Part shown: positions 17,777 through 30,954 of the stretch, piece after piece
Position numbering within the stretch: the first letter of the stretch is position 1
Layout: every line of letters starts with the position of its first letter
Source of the DNA: the human T2T-CHM13v2.0 reference genome, Homo sapiens
DNA length: 64,000 bases
NCBI RefSeq assembly: GCF_009914755.1
Contig: NC_060931.1
Direction: 5' to 3' (one strand)
Made by a program: the position numbers and the translations under genes
The notes under the pieces: generated by a model
Told to the model about the DNA's origin: nothing
Database searches by the model: none
What the model saw: only the letters and a program-made list of their open reading frames with translations

Positions 17777-18360
17777 CTACACATGCAAAATTTATGTATT
17801 CATAAATATTAGTTTATTCCTTTGTAAAATGCATGTCTAAAGATCACCAAAGTCTACTGCAGAAAGCTTAACAGACAGCCCTCCATGGAGCCTTTGTTTA
17901 AAAATCTCTCCTTGAAGTGAACTGATTACCTAACAGCGCAGACCATTCTGTTGCCAAGAAGTCAATGCTGCTAGCAAGTCACCTCTTGTGAGTGTAACAT
18001 CTGTCTGTGTGATAATCACACAGTCCTGGCTTAACTTCCCAGGCCCCGCTGAGTAGTTTGTTTTGTATCATAGAGGACTTCAGAATAGGAAAGAAATTCA
18101 ATAGCAACAAATAAACACATTAAAGCATGTTTTCTGTGAAAATGTCCACTAAATGCATCTATTCTTCAGAATAAAAATATTTACTGTTTCTCCTAGGTGA
18201 TTTCCATGGGACCCAGAATTATTCAGTTCAGATAACTACTTCTTAGGCTACCACAGTCAAAAACTCAAGTGTCGACAGGCAAAGACTAGTAGGAAAGGCC
18301 TGAGTAAAAGCTGTAATATAGGACAAATGTATAGGGAGAAAGACCTGCTATCTGACTTAC

Positions 18361-18573
18361 CAGTAACTCGGGGTCTGCAACGTACCTGGAGAAAAAGTGA
18401 AAACTTTAGTCAAATGCCTAGAGGAAGTTGGCATCGGCATGTGGATGGGGAGGTAAGTTTTGCATCCTGCAGATTCACACACTTTGTCGGGATCAGGCTT
18501 GTTTTCCAAAGACAGCTGTGTCCAACGGTTGGGAGGCCACAGCCTGGAGTCAGGCCAGTCCATGGCAAATTTC
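18361..18573 (-). pseudogene. Pseudo-exon (R)KFAMDWPDSRLWPPNRWTQLSLENKPDPDK (about 18482-18573) plus 25-nt exon 18361-18385 (YVADPELL)
   Basis: Acceptors ttttacctactctcag|G and ttttcactttttctccag|G; donor CTG|gtaagt. Confidence 0.55.
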
Positions 18574-18774
18574 CTGAGAGTAGGTAAAATTGGCTAAATC
18601 ATAGAGAAAGTGTTGTCTCATCAGCCTCTAGAAGGTTCCTCATTCTCATTTTGCAGGTAATGAGACTAAGTGATGCTATTACAGTCTCTTCACCTTAGTT
18701 TTCTTATCTATAATTCTTTTAATAACTAAAAATAATAAAATAAATAATTTTAAAATAATTAGTTTTCTTCTTAC

Positions 18775-19614
18775 CTGTAGCCTAGCCCCTTGCTTTCATC
18801 AGTGGTGATGTGGATGTCATCCTGCCTCCTAGTGCAGTGGTTCTGATTTGAATCCACACTTCATACACTCTGCACAGGGATGTCATGCCTCAGGCTTCCA
18901 CTTCCTCCCTGGACTGAGCCAGTCATTATGGTACAGCCTGTGGTCACAGATCATTCCACGCCAGACTGAGCCCTGAGAGAGAGATTGGACTGGCCGCATC
19001 TCCAACTCTAATCTGAAAAGGGTGTTTGTCAAAAGAAAATAGGAAAAGATGAGCAAAAGTCAGCAGCTAGACATAAAGTCAGTTAATGAAAGACAATAAA
19101 AAGGGATATTTGGTAAAATTAATAGATTAGAAGAAAACAAATTCCCTCAAAAATCTTCCACCTTAAGATGGGAGGGAGTCTGCCATGGCCCACCTGCATG
19201 CCTGCACGTCTTGCTGAATGAGCCCAAATCACAAGCGCTTGTCTGTTTCCCTTACCTGGACCACTTCACAGAGTTGTTTCTGTAGCTGGCAGTTTTGAGC
19301 ACTGAGCGATCACCAAGCTGTACTGCATCCCTTGGCCAGGTGCTGCACCTAGTTTCCTCAGAACCAAGAAGACATGTTCACCACTTACTGTCAAAGCAGC
19401 AGCTTCCCTAAGCTCAGGGTTCCCAGCTGCAGGGGAACCCCCTGCGGGAGGGACATCCACCTGAGACCCACATTTCCCACAGGGTATGTGGGAACGGGGG
19501 CCCATGTGAACACGCTGTGAGGAAGAAAGTTCTGTGTCTCTGACCCAGAAAGCTTACAGTTTGTGTCAGCATCAGTGAACTGTAGCTGATAACTTGTGAG
19601 CTTGTGGAGTTACT
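18775..19614 (-). pseudogene. Three candidate exons: 19558-19614, 19256-19348 (VQHLAKGCSTAW*SLSAQNCQLQKQLCEVVQ), 18775-18972/19012
   Basis: Donors ACT|gtaagc, CAG|gtaagg, CAG|gtaaga with upstream YAG acceptors; stops present; frames partly ambiguous. Confidence 0.45.
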
Positions 19615-22600
19615 CTGAGGAAAGCTCTGCTTCTCTCTCTCCTCCACGCCACAAATGTTAATAGGAAAAAAGTCCCATAATTTTGGTGATGAGAATAGGA
19701 TGCTGACAGAGACATAGCTTTCTGGAAGGTGAAGAACAAAAGATCTGCAGGACAGTTAATGGGATTTGAGAGAAGTCCAGGGAAATGATAGGAGACATCT
19801 TGGCCAAATCATATGATTCATTGGGCATTAAAGGGTTTAGCTATCCTCCATATCATTAAGGAGGGTAAAAATTCCACAACCCAACTCTCTCATTTTACCA
19901 ATGAATTAACTGAAAGTATAAAAAAAGCTTTACCTATTTCACTTCTATTTAAGAGTGTAGCATTTTCATTGCAAAATCTACTTACATTTGAAATGTGATA
20001 CATATATGTAATAAAACATTTCTTTTAAGTAATTATTGGATTAAAGAACAACAACATTTATTGCTTCTATTTATACTATGTTCTCCTCTATTATTTTTTC
20101 CTTTTTAGATATCAATTATATCATATTTATGTTTTGGAAAATACAGGAAAGCAAAAACAGAAAAATAAAATTACCCCAAATACCATCAATCCTTAAAATT
20201 ATACAGATTAGCTGTTGAAAGCTCTTTCTCTATACTTCTGTATTCTACTCCCAAGTGTAAGTTTCTATTAATAGTTGGATACATATACTTCTAGATACTC
20301 TCTCTTCCTCTGTCCTTTTCTCTTTTTCCTTGTCTTTGTCTCTGTCTTTCTCCTTCTTCATTTATGTTTACTTGAAAATAGTAAGATATTTTATTATTTA
20401 AGTTACCTTTTAAAATTAGTGACAGATTATGTGCAACCTTCTCTAAGTATCTGTAGATTGAATCTTTCATTTAGTGGCTGCATGTTATTTCATTTAACTA
20501 ATGACATGTATCTGAGTTTATCACACTGCTAGTGTCAGTTGAAAAATCTATTGCAATAGGTAAAGAATGGAACTAATTTCTGTTAATAGTAAAAATGTAT
20601 ATTTTTTAATGTATTTAATGAATCATTTACATGTTTTTCCTATGAAATGCTAATTTACTTTATTTCTATTTTCAATTGAGTTTTGTACCAGTCAAGACAG
20701 GTTAGAATATGCTGCTGCTGCAGTAACCAACGATTACAAATTCACTGTGGGTTAATGTAATATTTTGTTTTTTTATTAATATCTATTCATATTTCATTGT
20801 CCAAAGTAACTTGCACATCCATACCTATATATAAAAAGTGAAAAACAAAGGAAGTCCTACTTAAAACCCGGAAAATTGAAAATAGAAAAGGTGAAATGAC
20901 AAATGATTATCACAGGATTTTTGCCTTTTTAGTCTGATTTTAGATACATGAATTTTTAATATGCATTGTACATGTGTGCCTGTGTGTGCACATTGTGTGT
21001 ATATCTATGTATACTCAATTGCAAAAATTGTCTGTCCCTTATCTTTTAACTTGCTTTATATTGGTACTGTTTATCTTTTTACAACTTAAAAGTTTTTACC
21101 TCCTAATTCCTGTTTAGGAAGGCTGCTGCATTCATAAGCTTTCAAATGGTTCTCTTACATGTTCTTTAATTTTTAGTTGAGCTTATGTACTTTGTCTAAT
21201 GAAATACGTTGTTGCAATCCTATGTCATGAAGAAAAAGTAACTTTTATTCATATGTATAGTAAAAACGTTGCAACTTATTTATTCAATAGTTCATTCCAT
21301 TTTACCTGATTTGGAATACCACCTTTATTCTATACTTATTCCTATATTGCTGCACCTGTTTCTGGATTCCCTGTATTGTTGCTTCTGTGTCAAAATATAG
21401 TGATATAACTTTCTGCATCAAAAACATAATGACTTTACAGTAAGTGCTAATATCTGGTCTGGCAAGTATCCTTTCATAATTATTTATTTTCACTCAGTTA
21501 GTTTTGCACATTAATTATTCAGTTGAACTTCAAATTAAGTCACTTAATTTAAAAGATGAATGCTTTTGGAACTTGGAATAAATCAAACTTATTTATAAGT
21601 TGGAAAATTACCAATTTGTGAGACATATCATCCTATTCAAGGAGGCATTTTTATTTACTTGGGTTTGCCACACCCTTTAACAATATAGATATAGATACAG
21701 ATGTATAGATTCCACATAATAGATTTACCTGAGAAATGTTATTCCTAAGGTGATCAGCCTTTGGCAGTTCAAGCCATTGTTTTCAGTCCTTTGTGCAGGA
21801 ACAGAGAGGCAGAAGGGCTAAACAGAGAGAAACCTCATGCTTGAGAAGCCGTGCTCTGAAAGAATGCTAAATAATGTCAGCATGGGATCCTGAGATTGTG
21901 ATTCCTGCCATCAATAGAAAGGATCTGTGAGGCTGATGTCAGGCTCAGCGGAGGGATCTGTGGGCCTCAGAAACAGGGAGCATGGCTCAGGGTGAACGTG
22001 GGTAGATTTATGGGCAGTTAGAATGGGTCTAAGATTTATGAGTCTTTAGAATGGAAATGATGCACATGGTCTTTGAGATGGGGGCATAAATAGGAAATAA
22101 AAGCCTCACAACCCGTAGGTGCCAGACCAGCAAAAGAGAGACAGTTTATAGGTGAGGAAGAGAATATCACTGACACAATATCACTGACACTGCAGACTAT
22201 TTCATATAAGACATCATAACTGGGTTTCAGGGACATCGGCTTGGCTGATAAGGAGGACAGGAAGAAGCCAGGAGGAGAGTTTGTCATTGAAAAGTTACTG
22301 CTGCCCTTTGGTTGGGGGAGCTTCTGAGGTGCTAGAAGACAGGAAGGGCTGAGAGGTGCTGCAGAGGTCAAGGGCCACACATTGGAGGAGCTTGGGACCC
22401 CCCACGAGGGGGCACATGGACACTAGCAGTAGGGCAGCCTGGACAGCAGCAGCAGCAGCCAAGTCAAGGGAAGGCCTGAGCCCTGAAAGGACCTTGGGGA
22501 GGTAGAGACAGAACAGGTGGAGGGAGGTGCAGGAGTGCAAAAGGGCATCCTCAGGCAGGAGGCAGAGGGCACAGGAAGTGCCCTTCCTGGTCCAGGGCAT

Positions 22601-22644
22601 GCTGGTGGATGTGAAGTTCACAAAACAGTTTGCCATCATCTTAC

Positions 22645-22788
22645 AAAGGGACAGTCACAACTCTGCACGGTTTTCTTGTGAGCAACTTAAACCTGCACTT
22701 CAACATTTGAAATTAAGTTTCAAAGCAAGTGAGTCGTCAGAATTGGGACCAGAAACCAACTTGCTTGTCCATGACTTGCATGTTGATG
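22645..22788 (-). pseudogene. Pseudo-exon (S)INMQVMDKQ..F*RLTCFET*FQMLKCRFKLLTRKPCRVVTVP
   Basis: Branch-like gctaat plus tttttctaaaag|, donor TT|gtaaga; 144 nt, phase 2-2, in phase with the 31.4 kb exon; two stops; ungapped pattern match to recalled FSLVSQKFQSIFNKQQTMRTFP. Confidence 0.6.
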
Positions 22789-22899
22789 CTTTTAGAAAAA
22801 CACATTAGCACGAGGTAGATAGCACTTTTCATCCTTCAAATCTATATACATAAGTAAAATGTTAGTCCATACAATTGTTTGATTGCTGGGTTTTTTAAA

Positions 22900-23201
22900 T
22901 TTCCTTCTTTTTCTTTGGAGACAGTGTCTCACTCTGTCACCCAGGCTGCAGTGTAGTGATGCGATCATGGCTTACTGCAGCCTCCAACTCCTGGGCTTAG
23001 ATAATACTTCCATCTCAGCCTCCTGATTATCTGGGACTACAGGTGGCTGTCAACATGCCCGGCTAATTTTTGTAGTTTTTTGTACAAGATGGGGTTTTGC
23101 AGTGTTGCCCAGGCTGGTCTCTAACTCCTGGGCTTAAGTGATCAGCCCACCTCGGCCTCCCAAAATGCTGGGATTACAGGCATGAGCTACCACGCCCAGC
23201 C
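22900..23201 (-). mobile_element. AluJ
   Basis: gatcatggcttactgcagcctcc.actcctgggct J-type diagnostics. Confidence 0.92.
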
Positions 23202-24074
23202 TTGTGTACTGTTGTTAAGAGGGCAGTTGAATTCATGCCTGCATCAGCAGTGAGATTCTTCCCATTAGTCACTAAATTTACAATCAGGAGAGTAATAAGG
23301 CTCCAGTTTGAATTATACTGTGTCCCTAGCCAAACTGTTCTAAGCACCTTTTAAGATTTGAAAAAGAAATGTTTGTGTGCAACATCTCAAACCCACACCC
23401 TATTATGATGAGGGGTACGTTAATGCCCCACCTTTTCTTGGGAAGAGTGAGATTCTGGCAAAATAGCTTGCCCACGACTGTGCCAGACAGGTGGCAGCAA
23501 GAAGAGTGTTCATATGAATTTAAAAAGTAGGCTCAGATCTTGTTGAAACAGTAAAACACAACATAGCAAAGCATTTAATAAAGCACAAGCTTATTTTTCT
23601 CTCTTGTAAAAGCCCCAGTTAGTTTCAGCTCTGTTCTGCAAGCAGCATCCTCTTCTGTGATGCCTAAGGGCATCCACACCTCCCAACTGCAGGGAGCAGA
23701 AGTGTGTATGGGGGGTGCCCTTCATGCTCTTTCCTCTTAAAAGTGTGGTTTAGGTGCTGCATCTGTCACTCACACTCGCACCTCAGTGGCCAGAATGTAG
23801 CAGCAGGACCCACCTGACTGCATGGAAGGCCGGTCAGTAGAATCTTATGCACAGCTAAAATTGTGATTCCCATCTAAAAAGGGCAAAGAATGGGTACCAG
23901 GGGATAACTCGAAATTTTGATTGCATCTTTATAAAATAGATGAATGAAAGTTCCCTAGCAGCAGGGACATGTAAATAGTTTATGTTTTCACTAGACTTCT
24001 AGTACAAACCATAATGCCAAAGTTATACATTTTAAATGAATACATAAATGAAATAAAAATAGGCAGAGGTTATA

Positions 24075-24789
24075 GCACAGCCTTAACTCCTATACCCTGC
24101 TGCTTAGGGAGGTGTCTAGGTCACGAGAACGGAGCCTTCAGGATGGGATTCCTACCTTTATAAATGAGATCACAGAGAGCTCCCTCACCCTCCTTCTGCC
24201 ATATGAGGACACAGTGAGAAGGTGGCTGTCTACAAACCTAAAAGAGAACCCTCATCTGAACATGACCATGCTGGCACCTTGATCTTGGACTTCCAGCCTC
24301 CAGAACTACGAGAAATAAATGTCTGCTGTTTATAACTCACCTATTCTATGATCATTTGTTATAGCAGCCCGGGCTAAGACAATAATTTTCCTAGTTTCTC
24401 TCTGAGACTGTCCTTGTCTATCTGGGACTAGGCACGTCTATATATTATAGGCCTAGTCCCAGAGAGAAACTAGGAAAACTATTGTCTTGGCTTGGGCTGC
24501 TATAACAAATTACCATAGACTAGGTGGGTTATAAACAGCAGACATTTATTTCTTGTAGTTCTGGAGGCTGGAAGTCCAAGATCAAAGTGCCAGCATGGTC
24601 ATGTTCAGATGAGGGTGCTCTTTTGGGTCTACAGACAGCCACCTCCTCACTGCATCCTCATATGGCAGAAGGAGGGTGAGGGAGATCTCTGAGACCTCGT
24701 TTATAGGGGCATGAATCCCATCCTGAAGACTTCAATCTCAGGATCTAATCACCTCCCTAATCAGCAGAGTACAGGAGTTAAGACTGTGC
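24075..24789. repeat. Long inverted repeat (arms about 24075-24433 and 24451-24789), each containing the same truncated MLT1A/MST-like LTR
   Basis: Right arm is the reverse complement of the left at about 88% by hand count; 17-nt spacer; LTR end ctaagaca at 24381 and mirror tgtctt at 24483. Confidence 0.95.
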
Positions 24790-25791
24790 CATTGATAAAC
24801 AAGACAATAGTTTTCCTAGTTTCTGTCTCGGACTCATGTCAGGCATATCTTTCTGACACTGTGCTTTTCTAAAGACATGCACATCTGTCTGCATGTGTCC
24901 CATGCTGTGTATTTTCTGCTCAGAAATCATGAATTCCACTACAATGTGTCCATTAAACGAGTAGATTTGGAAAATGTACCCTGGGGAGACTAACTAGAAA
25001 AAATGGAACTGTTTAATTTTCTCTTTCTTTTGATGCACACTTATTCTAAAGCTATTTAGCTTACAGTGAGGAGAATAGAAGCTTGAAAGTGAGGTAATCA
25101 TCAATGCTACATTTACAGACTCAGCATCCAAAGACAGCAACCAAAAAAAGACAGGAAGAGAAAGAATTTCTAATGTTTACTCTCCTCAATTCAGATAAAA
25201 TTATGGGATTATTTACAAAATAAAATGATAAAGGACTCTGAACTCCTTGGGCCACATCCAGCAGTTCTTTGTTTATTTTAGTGGAAAGCAAAGCAGAGCC
25301 CTAGTGGTTGCCATGGGAAACAGGCTCACTGACACCCTTTGTCCCTTGACTTTTGCGCTGAACTTTCAATGTGCATGGGTAATAAAGCCAAGAGCCCAGC
25401 CTAGGGTTCATGCAGCTCATCATGCCTGGGGTCTTCAGTCACACCATTCCTCCTCAATGCCCTGCCAGGGTGCCTATGGTCACCTGTAGCCATGTCACCT
25501 GAGGAATCTTCCTGTCGTCATCATTCTCTCATGAGAGCTTGCTTTGCTTGTCATCTTCATGGACACAATAGTGCCTCAGCTCTGTGTCACCCACTACTGG
25601 TTCCACTCTTTATTGTGCATCCACAAGGACAGCGTGCCTCAAAGCCCTCATTACTGTGTCCTTTTGCCATGTTTATCCCACTTTCCTCTAATCACAGTGG
25701 ATGTCTTTGAAAAAATAGTTCGCTGTCAGTGGCCTTGTCTCATTATCCACTTTTGAGTCTTGAATGAGGCTTCTGCCTCCACCACTCCACT

Positions 25792-26261
25792 CAGTTGATA
25801 AAGCAGTGGCAGGTTTTGAGAGGTTTGTCTCCAATTTTGAAAGAAGTTCCTCTATGGAAAATATGCTAGCAAACAGTATTGCATGCTACAGAGAATTCTT
25901 TTTGTGAAAGGAAGAGTCAATCAACAAAGCAAACTTCATTGCTGTCTTACTTTAAGCAACTGCCACAGCCACTCCAACCTTCAGCAACAACCACCTTGAT
26001 CAGCAGCCCTCAATATTGAGGCAAGACCTTCCACAGCAAAAACACTACAACTCACAGAAAGCTCAGATGATTGTTTGCACTTTTTAGCAATAAAGTATCT
26101 TTAAATTAAGGTAGGTACTTTTTTAGATATAATGTTATAGCATTCAGTATAATACATGACAATTTAAATATAACTTTTATATGCACTGGGAAACAAAAAA
26201 TATTGTTTGACTTATTTTATTGGTCTCATACCAAACCCACAATATCTCAGGCATATCTATA
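25792..26261 (+). mobile_element. Tigger1 3' fragment
   Basis: ttgataaagcagtggcagg..tttgaaagaagttc..ccacagccactccaaccttcagcaac; similar to 42760-43254. Confidence 0.9.
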
Positions 26262-27410
26262 TATTATTGTTTCAAATTTTGTGTGGTACAATTGTTTGGA
26301 TTTAGACAAGTGTATGATGCCACTTATCTTCTATTACAGTATCATGCAGAATATTTGCATCTCTCTACAAATCTCTTGTGCTTCACCTATTCATCCTTTC
26401 TTCCCTCCACCAAAACCCTGGCAACCACTAATTTTTCTAATGTCTTCACAGTTTTGCCTTTTCCAGAATGTCATATAGTTGGAATCATGCAGTATATAGC
26501 TTTTTCACACTGGCGTATTTCATTTAGTAATATGCATTCAAATATCCTTGATATCTTTCCATGTCTAATGGAATATTATTGCTGAATAGTATTCCATTGT
26601 CTGAGTATACCACAATTTGTCCACTTGCCTACTGAAGGATATGTTGGTTGCTTCCAAGTTTGGGCAATTATAAATAAAGCTGCTATAAACATTAGAGTGC
26701 GGACTTTTGTGTGAACATAAGTTTTCAGCTCATTTGGATAAATACCAGGGAGCACTATTGCTGGGTTTTATGTTAAGTTTTGCAAGAAATGGACACACTG
26801 TCTTCCAAAGTAGCTGTACCACTTTGCAGTTCCATCAGCAGTGAATAAGAAGTTTATCCACATCCTTACCAGACCTGGATATTGTTAGTATCTTTGACTT
26901 TAGCCATTCTGATAGGTGTGTAATGGTATCTCATTGTTGTTTTAATTTGAGATTCCCCAATGACATATGATGTTAAATATATTTTCCCATGCTACCCAAA
27001 TATCTTTGGTGAAGTGTCTGTTCAAATCTTTTGCCCATATTCTAACTGGGTTGTTTGTTTCCTTATTGCTGAGTTTTAAGAGTTCCTTGTATATTTTGAA
27101 TATAAGTGCTGGATCAGATATGTGTTTTGCAAATATTATCTCTTGGTCTGTGACTTATCTTTTCATTCTCTAAATAGCATCTTTGCATAGCCTTTTTAAT
27201 TTTAATAAAGTCAAGCTCATCAATTTTTCTTTCAGCAATTGTTCTTTTGTGTCGTGTATAAAAAGTCATTGACAACCTAAGGTCACCTTGTTTTTCACCT
27301 ATTTTATCTTCTTGAAGTTGTATAGTTTATATTCATATATTGTTTATATATTTATATTATATATACACACAATTTATTTTAGTTACTTTTGTGAAAAATG
27401 TAAGGTCGGT
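26262..27410 (-). mobile_element. L1MC/MD 3' end
   Basis: ctggcaaccacta..ttgccttttccagaatgtcatatagttggaatcat. Confidence 0.85.
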
Positions 27411-27419
27411 GTCCAATTT

Positions 27420-27565
27420 CTTTCTTTCATTCTTTTTTTTTTCTTTTTAGAGATGGGGGTCTTGCTGTGTTGCCCAGGATGGTCTCAAATTCCGGCCTCA
27501 GGCAGTCCTCCTGCCTTGACCTTCCAACATGCTGGGATTACAGGTGTGAGCCACTGCACAAAGCC
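27420..27565 (-). mobile_element. FLAM_C / Alu left monomer
   Basis: Single Alu arm with poly-T. Confidence 0.85.
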
Positions 27566-27599
27566 TTCTTTCTTTCTTTCCTTCTCTTTTTCTTTCTCT

Positions 27600-27652
<53 letters not shown>

Positions 27653-27657
27653 TTTCT
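27566..27657. repeat. (TTTC)n
   Basis: Direct read. Confidence 0.95.
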
Positions 27658-27699
27658 GTTTAACACGTAGATGTCTAGTTTTTTAGCATATTTTTTTCA

Positions 27700-29640
27700 A
27701 AATAGAAAAAAATTTTACTTTAAAATTTTTATTTTGAAAAATTAGATTTATTTAAGTTACAATAATAATTTGTTATATATATCCCATCCAGCTTTTCTTA
27801 ATGTTAACAACACACATAGTCATATACAATGATCACAACTAGAAAATTGAAACTGATATAATACTGTTAGCTGAATTGCAGATTTTATTAGAATTCCAAC
27901 ACTTCTCACTAATGTCCCTTTTCTCTTTCGTGATTCAATTCAGTTTTCAACAATGCATTTGGTCATTAGGCTTCTTAGTCTCTCCCATCTGGATCAGCTC
28001 CTGCTTTTTTTTTTTTTTTTTTCTTGTCTTCTATAACCTTGGAGAGTACAGTTTCATTATTTTGACACTCAATTTGGGTTCATCCGCTGTGTCCTCATGA
28101 TTAGACTAAGATATGAATTTTTGACAGGGATACCATAGCAATGATGTACCCTTCTCAGCACACCATATTAGGTGGTGTGTGATGTTCACATCTCATTACT
28201 GATGTTAACATAGATCACTTAGTTAAGAGGGTATCTGCCAGGCAACCTCATGGTAAAGTCATTATATTTCCTTTTATAGTTAGTAAATACTTGGGGGAAT
28301 GTATGTTGAGATCATATTAATATCTCATTTCCTCTGAAAATTTTACCCACTAATTTTAGCATCCATTAGTGGATTTTGTCTACCACAGTAGTGTTTGCTT
28401 TCTGGTGATTTTCCATATACCTCATAAATTCTATGTTTATTAATTGAAATTACTTTGTAAGAACGAGTTGTCCTCCCAATTTATTAATTCAATTACATAT
28501 CAGTATGTACTCATGAAAATGTATTTTATTCTTTGGATTATATTTCAATTCTATTTTTATTTACTATGTGGCTCAAATTGTTCCTGCGTTAGCCACTGGG
28601 AGCTCTTTCAGGTTGGCTCCTGTGTCCTTCCAGCATATTCCTGTTTTCCTTTTTTGTTTTTGAGCACTTCTTTAATTTCTGGTACCAGGAGACGCTTTGG
28701 GTTCATCTTATATTTCTTCTACCTGAGTGCTGCAATCACTACTTTTTAAAGGAGTCCTGGTTTCTTTTATTAGAGAGTGGTATTTAGAAATCAAGATCTG
28801 GGTGCTAGGTGTGCTCATTCTTATCAGGCCATTGTTGCTTCATGGTCCTCTTTATGGACAGAGCTAGGAAATATGTATATGTGTACTAAACCATGCATAC
28901 TCATATCTGTTTTTCTACCGTATCTATATAACTGTATTTTTACTGGTATTTTTACTGAAAGTCCACGAGTTCATAATTGCATCTCTGACTCCAGTGCAAC
29001 ACCACAAGCTTCATTCCAGCCTCCTCTTTCCTGATTTGTCACTTCTCCTCTTACAATGAGAATCCTGTCTCTCATTATCTATGATATGTATACTTATTTA
29101 TTCAACTCTTGTATACATGGAAAGTGGTTTCAGACTTGCTAATGCATTGCCACATGAGAAAAAATTATACTAACTGGAGTACAATGTTTGCCTACAGTTA
29201 ATTTTTGCCCCTTTATCTTAGAATATCTACTCAAAATACTTTTTTTCCACAGTTACTTAGGTCAGTTCTTTCCCCCGACCCCTTACCTCTTTCAATGTGA
29301 TTTTGCTATTTACTTGTAATCTAGTTTGGTTCATTTATTAGTGTTTATATTTCAGTTGGGGTTCACCCCACATCCTTGTTAATTTTAATTGTTTTGTGGG
29401 AGTATGTGAAACATTACTATGATTTTAAAAGTCAATGTTACAAAAAAGTGGTATATGCAGAGAGGTGCCACTCCCTCCTCCTCTTCCCTCCTACTCTATT
29501 TCAGTCTGTGTTTCTTTCACCTCTTCTTTACCGTCTCACCCATAGATCTTTTTCTTTGGTTTCTTGCATGAATTCCATGAATTCGTTTGCACACATAAGC
29601 ACTTGCATGTTTATTATTATATCCCTTTCCTTTATATAGG
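27700..29640 (-). mobile_element. Old L1MC/MD 3' region
   Basis: gatcacttagttaag..tatctgccagg, tagccactgggagctctttcaggttggctcctgtgtcc. Confidence 0.7.
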
Positions 29641-30477
29641 AAAGGAATTTTGAATAATATATGAAATAAAGATGAGGAAACTATTCTTTATTTGGCTATC
29701 TACACACCATATATAAATTTAAAAGAAAAGATTTTTGTGATCTTTATAATAAAATACATTTGAATCATAGTGGATTGGTGTCTACAAACTACATGTTTGT
29801 TTTTATATTCATATTTACATTTCAAACTCAAAGAAGACAAGCATATTAATAGAAAGAAAAAATGGCAAAAACTGCAGACTTCAGTTATCAGGATTCAGTG
29901 ACAGCTGGCTGCACTACAGCCTGGTTAATGGACATGTAAGACTTCTCCTCCCTGAAAGCCATAATAAAGACACTGTTATTTTAAGGAAAGTAATATGACA
30001 TCATATTGCTGGAAAATAAGAAGACAATCAGCTGTAATCCAAGGAATACCTTTTGGGTATGAGCATGTGGAGATATGAGGGAAGCATATTTCAGTCTGAA
30101 GAAACAGCATGAGCTCAGGAAAGCAGGTGGAACGAGGTTTTGAGAAACAGCAAACTGCCTAGTGTGGTAGTGAAGGGATGCCCTACAGCCACGTTTCTAC
30201 CAGGCAAATGTATCCCATCATGCAGCTGCTTAACTATCTTAAAAGTCTCCCCGTTAAGCTTAAATGTCCAACAATGTGTGAGAGAGCCCAAACCCTTGGC
30301 CCCTTTGTGCCTGTTCCTATCTCTTATCTCTGCTCTGCTCCAATTATTTCTATACCACAGTGATTTTCTTCCAGATCTTCTGATTTAGCACTATCTCTGT
30401 GGAGTTCCATGCACACTTCTTCCAATACCAAAAATATTGCCAAGTCATTCTTGGCAATTCCTGTCCCTCCTTTATAA

Positions 30478-30640
30478 TTGTGGTTCTCCTAATGTGGCTT
30501 TCCAACCAGCCACATGTGCATCTGGGAATTGTTAGAAGCACAATTCTCCTACCTCAACCCAGACCTCCTGAATCAGAAACAAACTGTGTCAAGACATTCT
30601 GCAGGTGATTCTCACGCACACTAATGTTTCAGAACTACTG
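30478..30640. mobile_element. MER5A
   Basis: gtggttctc..ctgggaattgttaga..cccagacctcctgaatcagaaac..ggtgattct..agaactactg. Confidence 0.8.
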
Positions 30641-30860
30641 AAATGTGGTATTATATTTACCATTGAACTGTGAAGACTAATTTTTTTTCCTCGCTCTATC
30701 AGAAGGTTTGTATATTTGAAGCTGTTTGTCTTGTTACCCAAACCCATCTTAGAACTCTCAGCACAGTTCCTCATACTGTAAATGAATTTTGAATGAAAAC
30801 TTGGGTCCATAAATGTTGGTTATAGCCAACTATTGAAGAACTAAAGGATAATAATAATAA

Positions 30861-30954
30861 ATGATCACTTATTGAGCATTTACTATGCACCAGGCATAGT
30901 AAATACTATGATCACTTATTGAGCATTTACTATGCACCAGGCATAGTAAATACT
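30861..30954. repeat. Perfect 2 x 47 bp tandem duplication at a MIR end (MIR about 30850-31125)
   Basis: atgatcacttattgagcatttactatgcaccaggcatagtaaatact occurs twice. Confidence 0.97.

Noticed and set aside
18440-18460. Plus-strand donor GAG|gtaagt as evidence for a plus-strand gene
   Set aside because: Isolated; no chain of plus-strand exons found.
19256-19614. Motif matches of these exons to recalled QLRLLLSH and SANEMEL
   Set aside because: Better, phase-linked matches are at 31410-31464 and 22645-22788; these were probably chance.
30861-30954. CRISPR-like hairpin repeat
   Set aside because: Two abutting copies with no spacer, in a MIR, in primate DNA.
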